Shown here: positions 13,103-25,403 of the stretch, one piece after another
Position numbering within the stretch: the first letter of the stretch is position 1
Layout: each line of letters begins with the position of its first letter
Assembly: GCA_002633005.1 (NCBI GenBank)
Contig: NMRA01000064.1
Span: 186,001-250,000, forward strand
DNA length: 64,000 nt
Direction: 5' to 3'
Source: Phoronis australis
Taxonomy: Eukaryota; Animalia; Phoronida
Translations under genes and position numbers: made by a program
Notes under the pieces: model-generated
Seen by the model: only the letters and a program-made list of their open reading frames with translations
Told to the model about the DNA's origin: nothing
Database searches by the model: none

Positions 13103-13228
13103 AATCCTACACTCGACTCAGATTTATGACATGGGCAAAAGCTCTTGGAAATTTCGTCAAGCCTCGGCAAGCTTTGTGATTTTGGCTAGGTTTTGCCCAT
13201 GTCATAAACCTGACACTCGTGTAGGATT
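13103..13228. repeat. Imperfect palindrome / hairpin-type non-autonomous element
   Basis: aatcctacac...tttatgacatgggcaaaa pairs with ttttgcccatgtcataaa...gtgtaggatt (18-bp perfect core plus 10-bp outer arm). Confidence 0.75.
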
Positions 13229-14794
13229 CTCTGTTTCTTTCCAAGTCACGAAATCATGAGTTAGGAATAAGGTCACTAATATAGCGGTATGCATTCGGAG
13301 TCAAAAGTTGGCGTCTTTGACGGAACGCGGGTTTTTGAGCCTTTAATCTGACTTGTTGGCTTCCACTTCGGCCGGGTACATCCTTGTTTTCAAAAACCCA
13401 TGGCATGTTGACAGTGTTTCATTTAGAAAATTGTTTTGTCATAATTAAGTTCATCTACATACATATTAAGAAAGATAATTGTATAACACAAACAAAGTAA
13501 AAAGATATAAAGTTAATAAATAATCTCGAAACTCATGAAAATAGTGAAAATTGAAATCGAACACCACAAAACCTATAACTAGTACCCCCTTCTGAATAAT
13601 CGAAGCGACGTAACTACCACCAATACTGCCCGACAGCTGTGGGCACGCATCTAGCTAGTCGGTGAACCAACCCCAGTATTGGCATGTAGCTAGCCAAAAT
13701 GACCTGTTGACATGGGAGCAAGCCTACGAAACGTACCGTGAATTTGTCATAGTACGGCGCGCCCCTGATGTCTATTTGGAAAACAGCAGATTTTACCTTT
13801 TTGGAACTCCAAAAGTAAGCGCGGGCAAATCCTTGGAAACGAGGAGCCTATGAACGGAAAATGTATCATAAAATTGATCGGGACGAGTGTTTGCCTTGCA
13901 AGCATATCCCTGAAAATGGCATAAAGATGAAAACCAGACATGTAAAACAGCCAACAAACCTGATGATTGACTATGCGTGTATAACTGTTTGTGATTGGCG
14001 GTCGTTGAGACTGGTCATTTTGGGACACCTTAAAAACTCCGAGAGTTGTTGGCACCAAAACTAGGCGCATATAACACTAAATTTGAAAACTCTCTGAATA
14101 TACGGAAAGGAAGTATAAGATGGCTGCAAGTTTCAACTCTCTCATATTCTCCACCAATGTCTCTCCCAACCGTTGCTAAATCTCCCACAGTCGTCTCTCG
14201 TCACTCATTCCCCTAGCTAGGCAGCTAGCTGTATAAAGACTAACGTAGGTCTACAGCTTTACACCAAGGCTATCATTCGCCCTACCGCTCCCCGGCCCGG
14301 TCACTGAATTCTCACTATCGGGTCATCGCCGACACACCTTATTCAGCTACTTAGCACTTAGTCAGTAAACTAACCCTTAAACAGGATTCTGTTAAAGAGC
14401 TGAGTATTGGCTACCCTGCCCAACCCCTGATCCTCATCATATTTTCCTCTCTTCCCTCTGTTCATCAGTCGTCAACAATCCTCTCTAATTAATTAGAAAC
14501 AAAATTATCCTGGATGAGGTCGACCTCAACCGCCAGTGGAATCTCATTGAAGGGACAACCCGATGAGGTGCGCTTGTTCTTAGTCGCACCTCACCTAATT
14601 GACTACATGGAACACATTTAACCTTCCAATCTTACATACACTGGGTTAACATTTTGAGTTAAAAGACAACAGAAAAAATAATATCTCAAGAAACTCCGAA
14701 TCTACATGCTGCCATTGACTATTTTCTGAAAAGAGCGCCTAAGGACCAGAACGTGAGCCCAATCACAAAATAAACAAATGAAATAAATAAAAGT

Positions 14795-14964
14795 ATCGTT
14801 TACGTACCAACCCATGCAATGAAAAGTTCCAAAAATAATTCCCATATCCGAATAATATTTCAAAAATGTTATTATACACGTGTGCATTCCAAGTTCCCCG
14901 CGCGCCTGAAGATATAATGTTGACGCGTGATCAAGTAAATGCGAAGCCTGCCGCACACTATACA
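14795..14964. repeat. Dispersed repeat, copy 2 (direct repeat of 1246-1413)
   Basis: Same blocks as copy 1; the spurious ORFs 1211..1453 and 14702..14965 share MHTCIITFL. Confidence 0.85.
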
Positions 14965-17599
14965 CAATTGGGCGACTTATCTCATCTCAAGATGACTAGG
15001 GTGTAATCTGCGAACTCAAACTCAGCCAACTCAGACTCAGACTCGAAACTTAACCAATCAATCACCACTGAACAACGTACTCTAGCACCACGGACCGCGG
15101 GCGTAAGTCAGTCGTAAACAACGGGCAACGCATAGGGAGCGTTTGACAATGGGGGAACGGGGTGCAGTGGACCTGCATGAACAGCATCAAACCGACGACA
15201 CCTGTTTCGTGGGGACTAAGCCTAAATAATGGAATTTCAAAAATGCAAGTATAAAGTAACACATTTCGAGACAACCTTTTATAGGTATATTAGTGTTTTC
15301 TAACACTACAAAAACAGTTCTATTTGCGAACGATAAAGTAACTAGGAAAATCGCGTGGTGACATTTTAGAATCTGAAAACATTCACCTGCAACATCCGCA
15401 GTTATATCATGAAACTTCATCACAGTTATAGGTAGACAGTTGCTAAAGAGAAGCAATGCTATTACCGGTAAAGTTGCAGCAGTGAGGGATGTTTCACGGA
15501 AATGCGGGAAAAATTCACGTAACAAAAACAAAAAAAAATCCTGCAGGGAGCATTTATCAGAAACGTATTGGATGCTAATGCCTAGACTAAAAACCTGCGG
15601 AACAGGTTTAGAATACTTTAAAGGCATTAGAATTATGAAACAATATAGATGTGCACAATTTCATTTGAGGTTTGTGCAAGGTAGACGTGAAGGTGTTGGT
15701 CGTGCTCTAAAACGTTGGCCTTCTATTAATTTAAACTCAGTGGAATCTAATTCATTTTGGCAGTTTTTCCACTATACTTTGGAAAAAGACGAAGACGTCA
15801 ACCATTTGTTGCGGATACGACTGAAGAGAGCTTTAAAAGACTTATGATGTTTAAAAACTTGAATAGTGAATTATTATACGAGGTGTATTTTTTTGAAATA
15901 CACTGTAAATAAATTTATATCAGAATCAATCCTAAAGCACAAATGGCTTTTCTCGACAACTTCCACCTTGTATTCTGTCCTTCGGGCGAGTGCCTTTACG
16001 GGATTTGGTATAAAGCCATGTAAGTAAAAGAATCAGAAAAGACACCTAAGGCAGGCGCTTTTTCGGGAAAATCATCTGCAAGTTATTTTCATTGGGAAGG
16101 GGGGGGGGGGGCTCAATTACAGAAAGTCATTGCACTGGAAAAGCGTAATAAGCTCAATATTACCTTCTCTCTCGCGGTTGTTTAAATTGCTTACAAACTG
16201 GCGTTCATAACGTTATGAGGTTTTGAATCAAAATTTGTTTTTTTCGACGGAAAGCGGGTTTCTAGAAACTTCAAATAAAACGAGAATAAACGATAAACCA
16301 CGAGATGTGCCCACTTGACCAGGCCTTTGTGGCAGGGGTCCATTTTATCGGAGATCACTTAGATGGCAATAAAGTGTCAATGGCCTCAACGTGTTCGTAG
16401 AAAAATGACAATTTTGTTAAAACTAGAAAATCTAGTCTACTTTCAATCCCAGACAATTCAAAACCAATCAAAATAGTTCAAGAAACAAGATTCGTTAACT
16501 TTAATGAAGTGAAGGCAGTTTGCATGTGGAGTGAAAACTTATCAAGATTACATGACAACGCTTTCGCTCTTCTAACGTATCGTGCAACCTACTTACGATC
16601 GTCCTATCTACGATCTGACTTACAATCTCATGACACTGGTCCCATGAATGTGAAAATCGTCCCCATCTCTGACTTATACTTGATCACAAATACGATACAT
16701 TCAGGGAAACAGAAAGCGCACACTTTGGCAGGGACGTCTTTAAAATAATGTTCGTTTCCCTTCCCCCTATCATAACTCCTATGGAATGCTGATCGATTGG
16801 TAAAAGCCTTTATTTTATACGTTTCGTTGTTATTACGCACTCATTTTTATTACAAAAATAATAGCTTTGTTCTTACAATTGACAAAACATTCTTCAAATA
16901 GCAAGTAAAACATTTTGAGAAGAGCTTGTATTTTACAGTCGCGCGGGGGGAAAGACAGGCAAGTAAGACGACTAAGAAAGAATTAAGGTGCAAAAAATCC
17001 TCATTGTCGTTTACTATGCTGGTGTGCTACGATTTGAAAAATTAAACATAGCTATTTTATCTTAAATACCATTTTTAAATATCTGTCAAGTATAGGTAAG
17101 CCGGAAATGCATGGCACTTAGATATGTACATTGCTCTTCAAACTAAACCCATGTTTCTGAAACAGTGAATTGCTGTCTAAAAAGAGACACAATCAGTTTT
17201 AGGCTGAAAAACGCATTGTTGAGGTTACTTTTGTATGGGGCAAATTTTCATGTTATTATCCTTGAGATGTTAAGCAACAAAATCCGTTGCGTTTTAGTGA
17301 TTTCGGTAATTCAAATCACCAATTGTCACTACTGGCTCTCACTCATTTGCTGCGCTAGCAAAACATAGGACTGAAACCACGGAGGTCGTATATTCGAATC
17401 CGTCTTGGAAGTGATATCATAAGACATTGTCTCTCCGGGCTGCTGGCCATCAGTCCTAACCTTTCGTTTTGTAATAGCCCAAACCATTATCAAATTAAAG
17501 ATTCCTGCTTAAGAAACCTACAAAAAAAATGATTACCACTTGGTCAAACTACTTGCCAAAACTAGGCTCGCAAAGCAAAGCAGTTAGTTAAATTTTCTT

Positions 17600-18623
17600 T
17601 TTGAGTTGTTCCGTTGATTCTGAAAGAACCGAGACTCGGGGAGCGGGACATTTGCGAATGGGTGAAAGCCGGGGTAAGCCCGCTTCACTTTCGCTCAGAC
17701 CTTCAGGCGTTGCATTCATTGGCTACAGGCATGTCACCTTACAAACCGTGATGTACAAAACAAAAAGGGCTACACCTAACACATCTTTACATTACGTCTG
17801 TGTTGCAAAGCATGCAGGTGACGCAAAGGTGGCAGTGGCTGTGGCAAGCAATGAGATAAATCAATAGCTCATTGGTGGCAAGAATTCGTCTTACTGACAC
17901 CTAGCGACAAAAATACAAACTAACCAATAGACTTCCTCGATAGAGAGCGCTGTATTTATTGGACAAAATTTAGATATGCCTATATTTCGAATAACGAAAT
18001 TAATTGAGTATTGTTAGGTTTAAGTCAGGTATTACTTACCGCGTGTGAAAGTTACTTAAATACCTCGAAGTTTGCAATACTCTGCCTTTGTTCCCATATA
18101 TTCGAAAAATCGAGTGCAAAAGGTTAATCTGTTCAGGTTCAGTATTCATTCGCCAAAACATCGTTCAGAAAATGTTCAAAGCTAACGACTTGTTCAATTA
18201 AAAACCGATATATCAAATTAAATTAAAGGAAACATGTGTTCATACCATGTATTATTTTTTTTCAAGTTGAGACAGAACAGTGTCAAATTTCCCGCTTTTA
18301 TGGCGGATGAGTTTTCTGACCTTTGTCAGTGCCAGGTCACTTAATCTCTTTAGCTCGGGGATGAAGGGTTTATCTGGCAGAACAGACGGCTTTCAGTAAC
18401 ACTCGATCGGGCAGATTTGACCGAGTATCATGCTGAGCTGACAGAGTTCGTCGATGGAAGTTCAAAGAAGGTCTCGACTCAGTCTGCAGCGACTAAGTTT
18501 GCAACTCGATTGTTGAAAACTAGTCGGACAACCGTGCTACGATAATCTGTCCATCCAACTTTTTTGGCCCGTCCCCATTGAGGCACAATAACAAATCGTG
18601 AGAAGTCGCCGTTTGTTGCCGAG
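17600..18623 (+). promoter_or_regulatory. Likely promoter/5' UTR region of the dve/SATB-like gene
   Basis: CpG-retaining region with several CCAAT/ATTGG boxes (~17718, 17871, 17923, 17958) upstream of the ATG at 18624. The TSS was not determined. Confidence 0.45.
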
Positions 18624-18710
18624 ATGGATTTCCACGCAGCGATGGAGACGTTTGCCGAAGCATGGGTCGCTGCTAATACACAAACAGCCGTCAATTCTTC
18701 AGAGACACAG
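18624..18710 (+). CDS. dve: dve/Compass/SATB-like homeobox gene, coding exon 1 (shared)
   Basis: MDFHAAMETFAEAWVAANTQTAVNSSETQ; FAEAWVAAN recalls the Dve N-terminal motif. Donor CAG|gtaaaa, phase 0. Confidence 0.8.
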
Positions 18711-21700
18711 GTAAAACGACCTGTTGAACGAGTGCCTCGTTTTTCGTTTCAGCATACACGGTGATCCAAGACTCGAACTAGTGTTTTGGCTGCCGAAGCC
18801 GAGTGTCTTGTTCTATTTAGGTTAAAAGAGTGCAGCTGCTTCTAGCCAAGCCAGACAGTTAGCTGTGTATATGACAACTAAACGCCAAAACACCACTAGG
18901 AAATTGATGTGGGTAAAAAACTGGCAAAAGAGCTTTTTCAGTTCCCTGAAACTCAATTGGCTGTAGGCTAACTCTGTCAACAAATTTTATACCAAAATGC
19001 ACAAGATTGTTTCAAGGCTACCTGCAGCTGTACATTTTATGCCGCACTGTGAACTGTAATAGTCAATCAAATGAAACATTTTTTCACAACATAATGACCA
19101 CTTGTACCTGAATTTGTGCTTCTTGTGGGTTTATGACCGGTTTATTGGGTTTAATGTATACTTTGCCTTTGAATTGTGATTTTTAACAGTATTCCTGTGT
19201 TAAAAGTTTGCCATTGTAGGTAACAGCCTCAGACATTACATTCCTAACCTATTTTGTGTTATTTTTAAAATCATGATCCAATCCTGTATTTTAACCTTTT
19301 CATGCTTGTTACAATGCGAATGTTAGGTTTAGTACCATAGTTTTTTGATGAAAACTTGAATTAAAAGTCCAGGGTACTCTCACAAAAAGGTATTAGGGAT
19401 GTATCGCTCAGCTGGATGATTTTCTCTCGACTGGTTTCTCAGAGGCAGGGTGTCTTTTCCAGTAAAAGTGAAGTAAACGGGTCCCTCTTAAAAATGGCTG
19501 CTGAGAACCAGTTTTCATTGAATAATGACAGTGTCCGTTATTCAGTGAAACTGGTTTCCAGTAGCCATTTTGAAGAGGGACCTGTTTACTCCACTTTTAC
19601 CCGTTTCCCAACAAAATTCCTGATGAAAGGGTACCTTCTCTGATTTAATTCACTACAAAAGAGCTCATTTTGGAAGTTCAAAAGTGCAAGATTTCTTTTT
19701 CCAAAGTACAAAAATCAACGGATGGGTTTTAATGTTTTCCTTCTTATAATACTTTGATGCAAAATATGTACTTATTCTTGACAGTATGGCATCTGTTCTT
19801 ACACTTGTTTTAGGCTTAAAAAGACAACTGTCCAAGAATCCTATTAACGATAGTGAATGGTAGTGTTTCTAGAACAAAATCCTATGAAAATGTGACTTTA
19901 TAACCTTCAAATGAGTTCCCCTTTTGGAATCCACTCTCTTTAATGGGTGGCTGTCATATACTATCTGAGTGTGTTTTAACTTATTCATACTGAGCACTGC
20001 ATCTTCTGAAGTAGTTTTCGTACTCCATGTCTTGTGTCTCAGTGGCTGCAAGTCTCGCCAGGTGTCGCCTAATCACCTGTTTCTTTACATTTTGGTAAAG
20101 TGATGCGTCATCTATTATGAGTGTTATCTTATTAACTTAAATGGGATAGGTACGTTCACTTTCTGTTGATAGTCCGATATAGTGTGCCAGTGTTCTCCAC
20201 CAAGTAATGGGCATCAAACTGGCTGGCACAGTATATCCAACTAATGCCCATTTTCCAGCTGCACCTCTACCAAAAATGTAGTGTTCCCCATTGTGTCCAA
20301 GGGTCTAGGGGTATTTCTCTGCTTTGGACTCGGGGATATGGCATTTTAGCTATTTAATTGTTCATTGTGCATAAAACCCCCGTTCCTATGTGATGTAGAG
20401 TTTCGATTCTCACTTTTTAAAAAAGTGAGAAATTATTTTATTTTAAGTTCTATAGATTTCTGGTGGTTGCTTACTTTATCATTTGAAATATTGCTGTTAT
20501 TAAACACCATCTCAAACTGTCAATAACATGTATATAAGCTGCCATTGTTCCACTGTTCCATTGTTACTACGGTAATAAGGTGTCAGATAGACCAACTTCA
20601 TAGACCCACAGTCCAGACTGACACTTACATATGAAGTATAAGGGGATTAGGACTAGGTGAATACCTGCCTAGTAAACAAACCCATTTACATGGGGGACAA
20701 GCCATTTATTGTTGTGAAGAGATCCCTAATGGGACAAGGCTTTTTTGTTGTGGGTAAAGGGAGTTCTGCTTGACTGTGAAGGCAACTATCAATCTTAATC
20801 AAAAGCTCAGTTGACTACAGGGATAATCTTTAATGTTCTTCCTTTGCCCATAAAACCAGGATGCCCCTCGGTGATCAGCAATTGTTGCCTTTGTGACTGG
20901 CACACTGGTGGAACAGCTAATTTCTGCCACTAAGCCCTATGCCATTGTGTTTCAGATTTCAATAGCTGTCTTTTGTACCAGGAAAATTAAATGTCATTGG
21001 GGTATCTATTAGCTGCTCATCTCATCCCTTTTTCTCTGGATTTAAAGACCTTAATGGAATGTGGTTTGGAACACCCCGCCAGTATTAACTGATTGACAAA
21101 TTTTATATTCTGTTTTATGTGCATTCTGATAAAACGAGTTTAAAATATCTATTGTCAATGTATATAAGTATTACGCTCAGTAGGATCTAAATTTGAAATC
21201 TCAGATAAAACATGTATTAAGTATTTCAAAAATAGTGAAAATTTCTTTCATTTGATGGTGTGATCTGTCATCTTTGGGTAAATTTTCGCCTGTTTAGGAT
21301 TCGATATGGCGGGAAAGTGAATTAAATTTTTTGTTCATTGAAGTAGCACAAAATAGACTTTATCAATATTGAAGTTCCAGAGCTACCTTGCGACATGTTT
21401 TTTCAGTAACAATGCTAAAATGAAAAACCATTTGGGGAGTTGTTTTTGTTTGAAATTGGTGACAATTTGCTTCATGTACACGTCAGCAGTAACCCCCCCC
21501 TCTGAAACTTGTTATCATTTTACAGTTTGTTTCAACTTTCATTTTAAAATTGAACGGCTGGACACTTGAAGCCTACCTTGAGCAGTAACGCATGTAATTC
21601 CTTCAATATGTTGATAGGGCCACTCTGACCACACTCAAGTCATGAACTGTGGCAGTTATTCACTTTTTTAAATTTGCCAAAATTGGAATTTTTCTTTTTC

Positions 21701-21884
21701 TCAAAAGCCAATTATCTTATTGCAAATATTCCAAACTTAGCCAAATGTTGTTCAAGGACATCTTCACAGCACAAACTGAACTAACAAAAGACTAAAAGTT
21801 ACTTAACTTTTATTTTTTTGAGATATTTAACAATGGCTTTTTTTTCTGCCATGTTGTATGCTAAATTAGTGAACAATTTCTATG

Positions 21885-22075
21885 TTACCAATTTCAGTCA
21901 AAAATAATTCCCGAAGTTGGTATTTTTTCATTTTTTAAAGGCGTGTAACATTATTGCAAATGCACGCAGTTTCTCAAAAAAATTGCCTGATGGTATTCAT
22001 GTTAAGACTGGTAAAGGATTTATTTTTGCAACTTGTCCACCATATTGTTTCCTAAATTGGTGATATTTTACTGTA
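21885..22075. repeat. Intronic dispersed repeat, similar to 25187-25403
   Basis: Shared blocks ttaccaatttc.g.caaaaataatt, ctgat.gta..catg and tccaccatattgt in the same order. Confidence 0.55.
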
Positions 22076-23439
22076 CATGACTTTAGTCTACGAACATCAC
22101 CCGCTTATATTGGTGTTCAATTCAATATACTTTGATACCCGCTGCAGGCACATACTACTGCGGATACAAGAGAATGTTCAAAGCTACCAAACGTTTTTTG
22201 TTGGTTTCTCGCGGTGATGCAATATGACACGGAAAGGCTGCCTTTAGTAACATGTGGCGCGTGCCTGTGTTTTTTTAGTTCCTGAAGTATTTCTTAGACT
22301 ATCTTCATAATCCAATACATCTAGTATGCAATCCGTTTGAGGAAGTTTGGAACACATTTTTGTATTGCAACATTTTGTCTGAATTTTATTTCACTCGCTG
22401 TATGTGACACTGCTTTCCTTGTTTCCATAGGAAGCCTATGAAGGCAAATATTTTAATCCTTTTGCAGAATTAAACTTGTCAGCGATAACAGGTCTGAGAT
22501 GCAAACAACATATGAGGATGTGAGGGGATAAGACATTTGCTTTTTAACACTTGTGAGATCTCTTCACAGGATTTTCATGTTTGTTCAATTATTCAGGGGG
22601 ATATCCGACTTAACTCTAGCCCTCTAAATAACTTATTTTTAGAAATCTGCTCTCTCTGACGGTGGATTACATTTCATCTTCAGCATGTTAGTTGTGGCTC
22701 ATTGAGACTGAATACAATGTATTGAGGTCGGTGCTGAAATAAAGAAACTTGGCATTTTTCTATAGTTCTACTCGTGTTCAAACAATTAGCTGCTGTTTAA
22801 TTGGTCTGATTTTTAAAATACAATTAATGAACGTAATTAAAAACGGTTCAGGCAATTTCCTAATTAATGCGGTTACTCTGCTGTTAGAGAAATTGCAAAT
22901 ATTGCGCGACCTGCACCGTGGCCAGGCATCGCGTACTAATTTCTCACGTCACATGTTCACCATAATTATTGTCATTTACTAAACGCTGACATTGCCCCAT
23001 TATAAATGAAGTCACGGTTTCAATTACGTGTGGCGTAAATATGCTTTTCTTGGTAAATTTCAAATTTTTGGCATTGGTTCCAGTTATTAAAAAAAAACTT
23101 GTTCGTATACGTTCAACAGGTCTCAGCCCTTGTTGGGTTCAGTTTAGTCATATGATTAATGCATGCACTTAGTTTTATTTGGATTATTACTTGCTTATGT
23201 TCATCTTGTTTTCTGCTTCTCAATTCTAAGTCCTGGTAGCGTATCAGGCGTTGATATTGTGTTTTTACACTCACTGAGCAAATATTTGCACTGGAATCAA
23301 CGGCTACTTACTGTTAACCCTGGTTTCTTTTGGTCTTCAAAATTGATTGTTTATGTTTACCGTGTCTTCTTTCATCTACCTGTGAAGTACCTTATCCATT
23401 AATTCCCTCTCTAATAGCTGTCTACTCCCCATATTACAG

Positions 23440-23569
23440 AGTCCCCCCAAGTCAATGGAAGATCTTCCAACACTGCTGCCAAAGGAACAGTTGGTGGAGA
23501 ACCGACAAACATCACCAAATAAAGCCCCTTCGCCAGATAAATCTGCACCCACCTCCTCAGCTGTATCAA
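23440..23569 (+). CDS. dve: dve/SATB-like gene, coding exon 2 (shared; Ser/Pro-rich linker)
   Basis: atattacag|AGT CCC CCC...GTA TCA A|gtatgt; open frame SPPKSMEDLP...PTSSAVS. Phase 0 to 1 exactly bridges exon 1 and the exon at 40100. Confidence 0.75.
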
Positions 23570-25186
23570 GTATGTTTGATAAGTTAAAACAATCGTAAAA
23601 ACAGCATTTAGATTTTTTTGGTGTAATAGAAACAAGAGAATTGTACGAAGCGTTCATTATATAAGCTGAAAATTATTGGACCATTCTTTCTGTATGAGAG
23701 CATTTTCGTAATACTATAGTATTATAAAGTCTCCAGTTTGGCTCAGTGAAAAATCTTTTAATGTTACTTTGTTTAAGGTCAGAGCTTGTATTAAATTTTA
23801 GAAATAGGCAATATTGGCCATTCCAAATTCAAGAATTATGATCAGCGAAGAGTGAACAGTCACCTTGAAGGTTTACATTATGGCGAATGTTCCATTGACA
23901 ACTATTTTGATGATTTTATGAACTGTCAAATTTATTTTTGTAATCTATTAATACAAAATCCATTGTCTGGTATTTGGGAAATATGATTGCCAAAATCGCC
24001 TGTATCCCAATCTTTTGAATCAAGAAAATTTGACTCTGGCTTGAATTTTTATGTCTCAAATTTGAGAGACTGTTCCAAACCTGGCGAATTTTATCTGGAT
24101 TTGTCTGTTTTTGACGTGAGGATGATCCTGTCTGTAGTCGTTTCACTAAGGAATTACAAATCCAAATACAACAAAAAAAAACAAGAATGGAATGAGCTGA
24201 CAAAGTTCTTACTGTGTGTTTTAACTGGTGACAAGCAAATTTGTGACTCAAATTCATTAGTTTGGTTAAAAAATCACTGGTGGTTTGTGCCCCTGAAATT
24301 TGATTTTGTTTAAAGTTGAACAAGTGCAAATGTTTCTGAAGCATCCAACGTGAGGCAGCCTGCTTTGTACCATATCCCACTGGGATCTTAAAGGGAGGGT
24401 GCACCTGTTCTTTTATATGACTTAGCAGATTTCTGACAGCTTTTAGTTCACACATGATGGCTTATCCCTGAAACTGAACTGTGATAATAACCATGTGTTG
24501 TGCTGGGCCTGCCCGCTGTCAACAGTTGCCTAAACAATACTGACACCTTTCTACAGACGGATTAGTACCTAGGAAACTTCTTGGACTGAAATGCTCTTGA
24601 AAGCTGTGGAATACATTTTAACAGTCTCAGTTGCTGCCATTTTAAAGAATGGACAGCATTAAACTCATTGACGACGACTGAAAGAAAACTGGCTGCTCAA
24701 CATTTCAAATTTGAAATTGGAAGTGTATTTTTTAATAAAAACATATGAGGTTTAGTTTTTAGATCTCTAAAGTGTATTCTTTTCAACTGTTTGATTCCGT
24801 AACCAACTTGTCAAAGGTTAATTTTATCTGATTTTGTGCTTTGATTTTTGTTTGTGCTTTGGCTGGTGACGTACCTGGGCAATTCAGCAGTTTAATCATT
24901 GTCAAGCCGTGCCTGTTTGCAAAACTTGATTGATTTTTGTGGGATTATCCGCATGAAGATCAGCATGTCTTTGGGGGTTTAGTGTGTTTGCCTATGGTCT
25001 TCGTTACCAGGGGAACATAATCTGTGGATTAAAAATGCTATTTACTTAATGCCTTTGCAGCATATTAAAAGATAGAAGTCCTCCTGAGAATTTTAATATT
25101 GTATGATTAGTGGCTAGAAAATGGTATTAATAATGCTGATGGCCTGAGCTAATCCTATTCTTTCGGTAGGCGATACTGTCAAATCT

Positions 25187-25403
25187 TACCAATTTCGGAC
25201 AAAAATAATTGCTAGAGTTGCCCTTTTATTTCTCAAAGGCTTAAAACATTGTGAACGCCATACTTTTCTGATCGGTGTCTGATAGTAAGCATGTGTTTTA
25301 GAAATTGAAAATGGTAATGAAGGTTCAATCATTCATGTATGTGTACAAATAATCAATTTATGTTCCACCATATTGTGTCTTATAATGTGTGGGATTTCAC
25401 TGT
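25187..25403. repeat. Intronic dispersed repeat, similar to 21885-22075
   Basis: Same ordered blocks as the 21885 copy. Confidence 0.55.

Noticed and set aside
17368-17405. tRNA-like fragment with TTCGAATCC
   Set aside because: No A box or acceptor stem; at most a decayed SINE.
18711-18763. Extension of dve exon 1 past the 18710 donor (VKRPVERVPRFSFQHTR*)
   Set aside because: It ends in a stop; the 18710 donor already gives a phase-consistent model via 23440-23569.
23916-24455. 179-aa antisense ORF in a dve intron (and similar 60-150-aa intronic ORFs)
   Set aside because: No recognisable domain, non-coding-like composition and no splice support.
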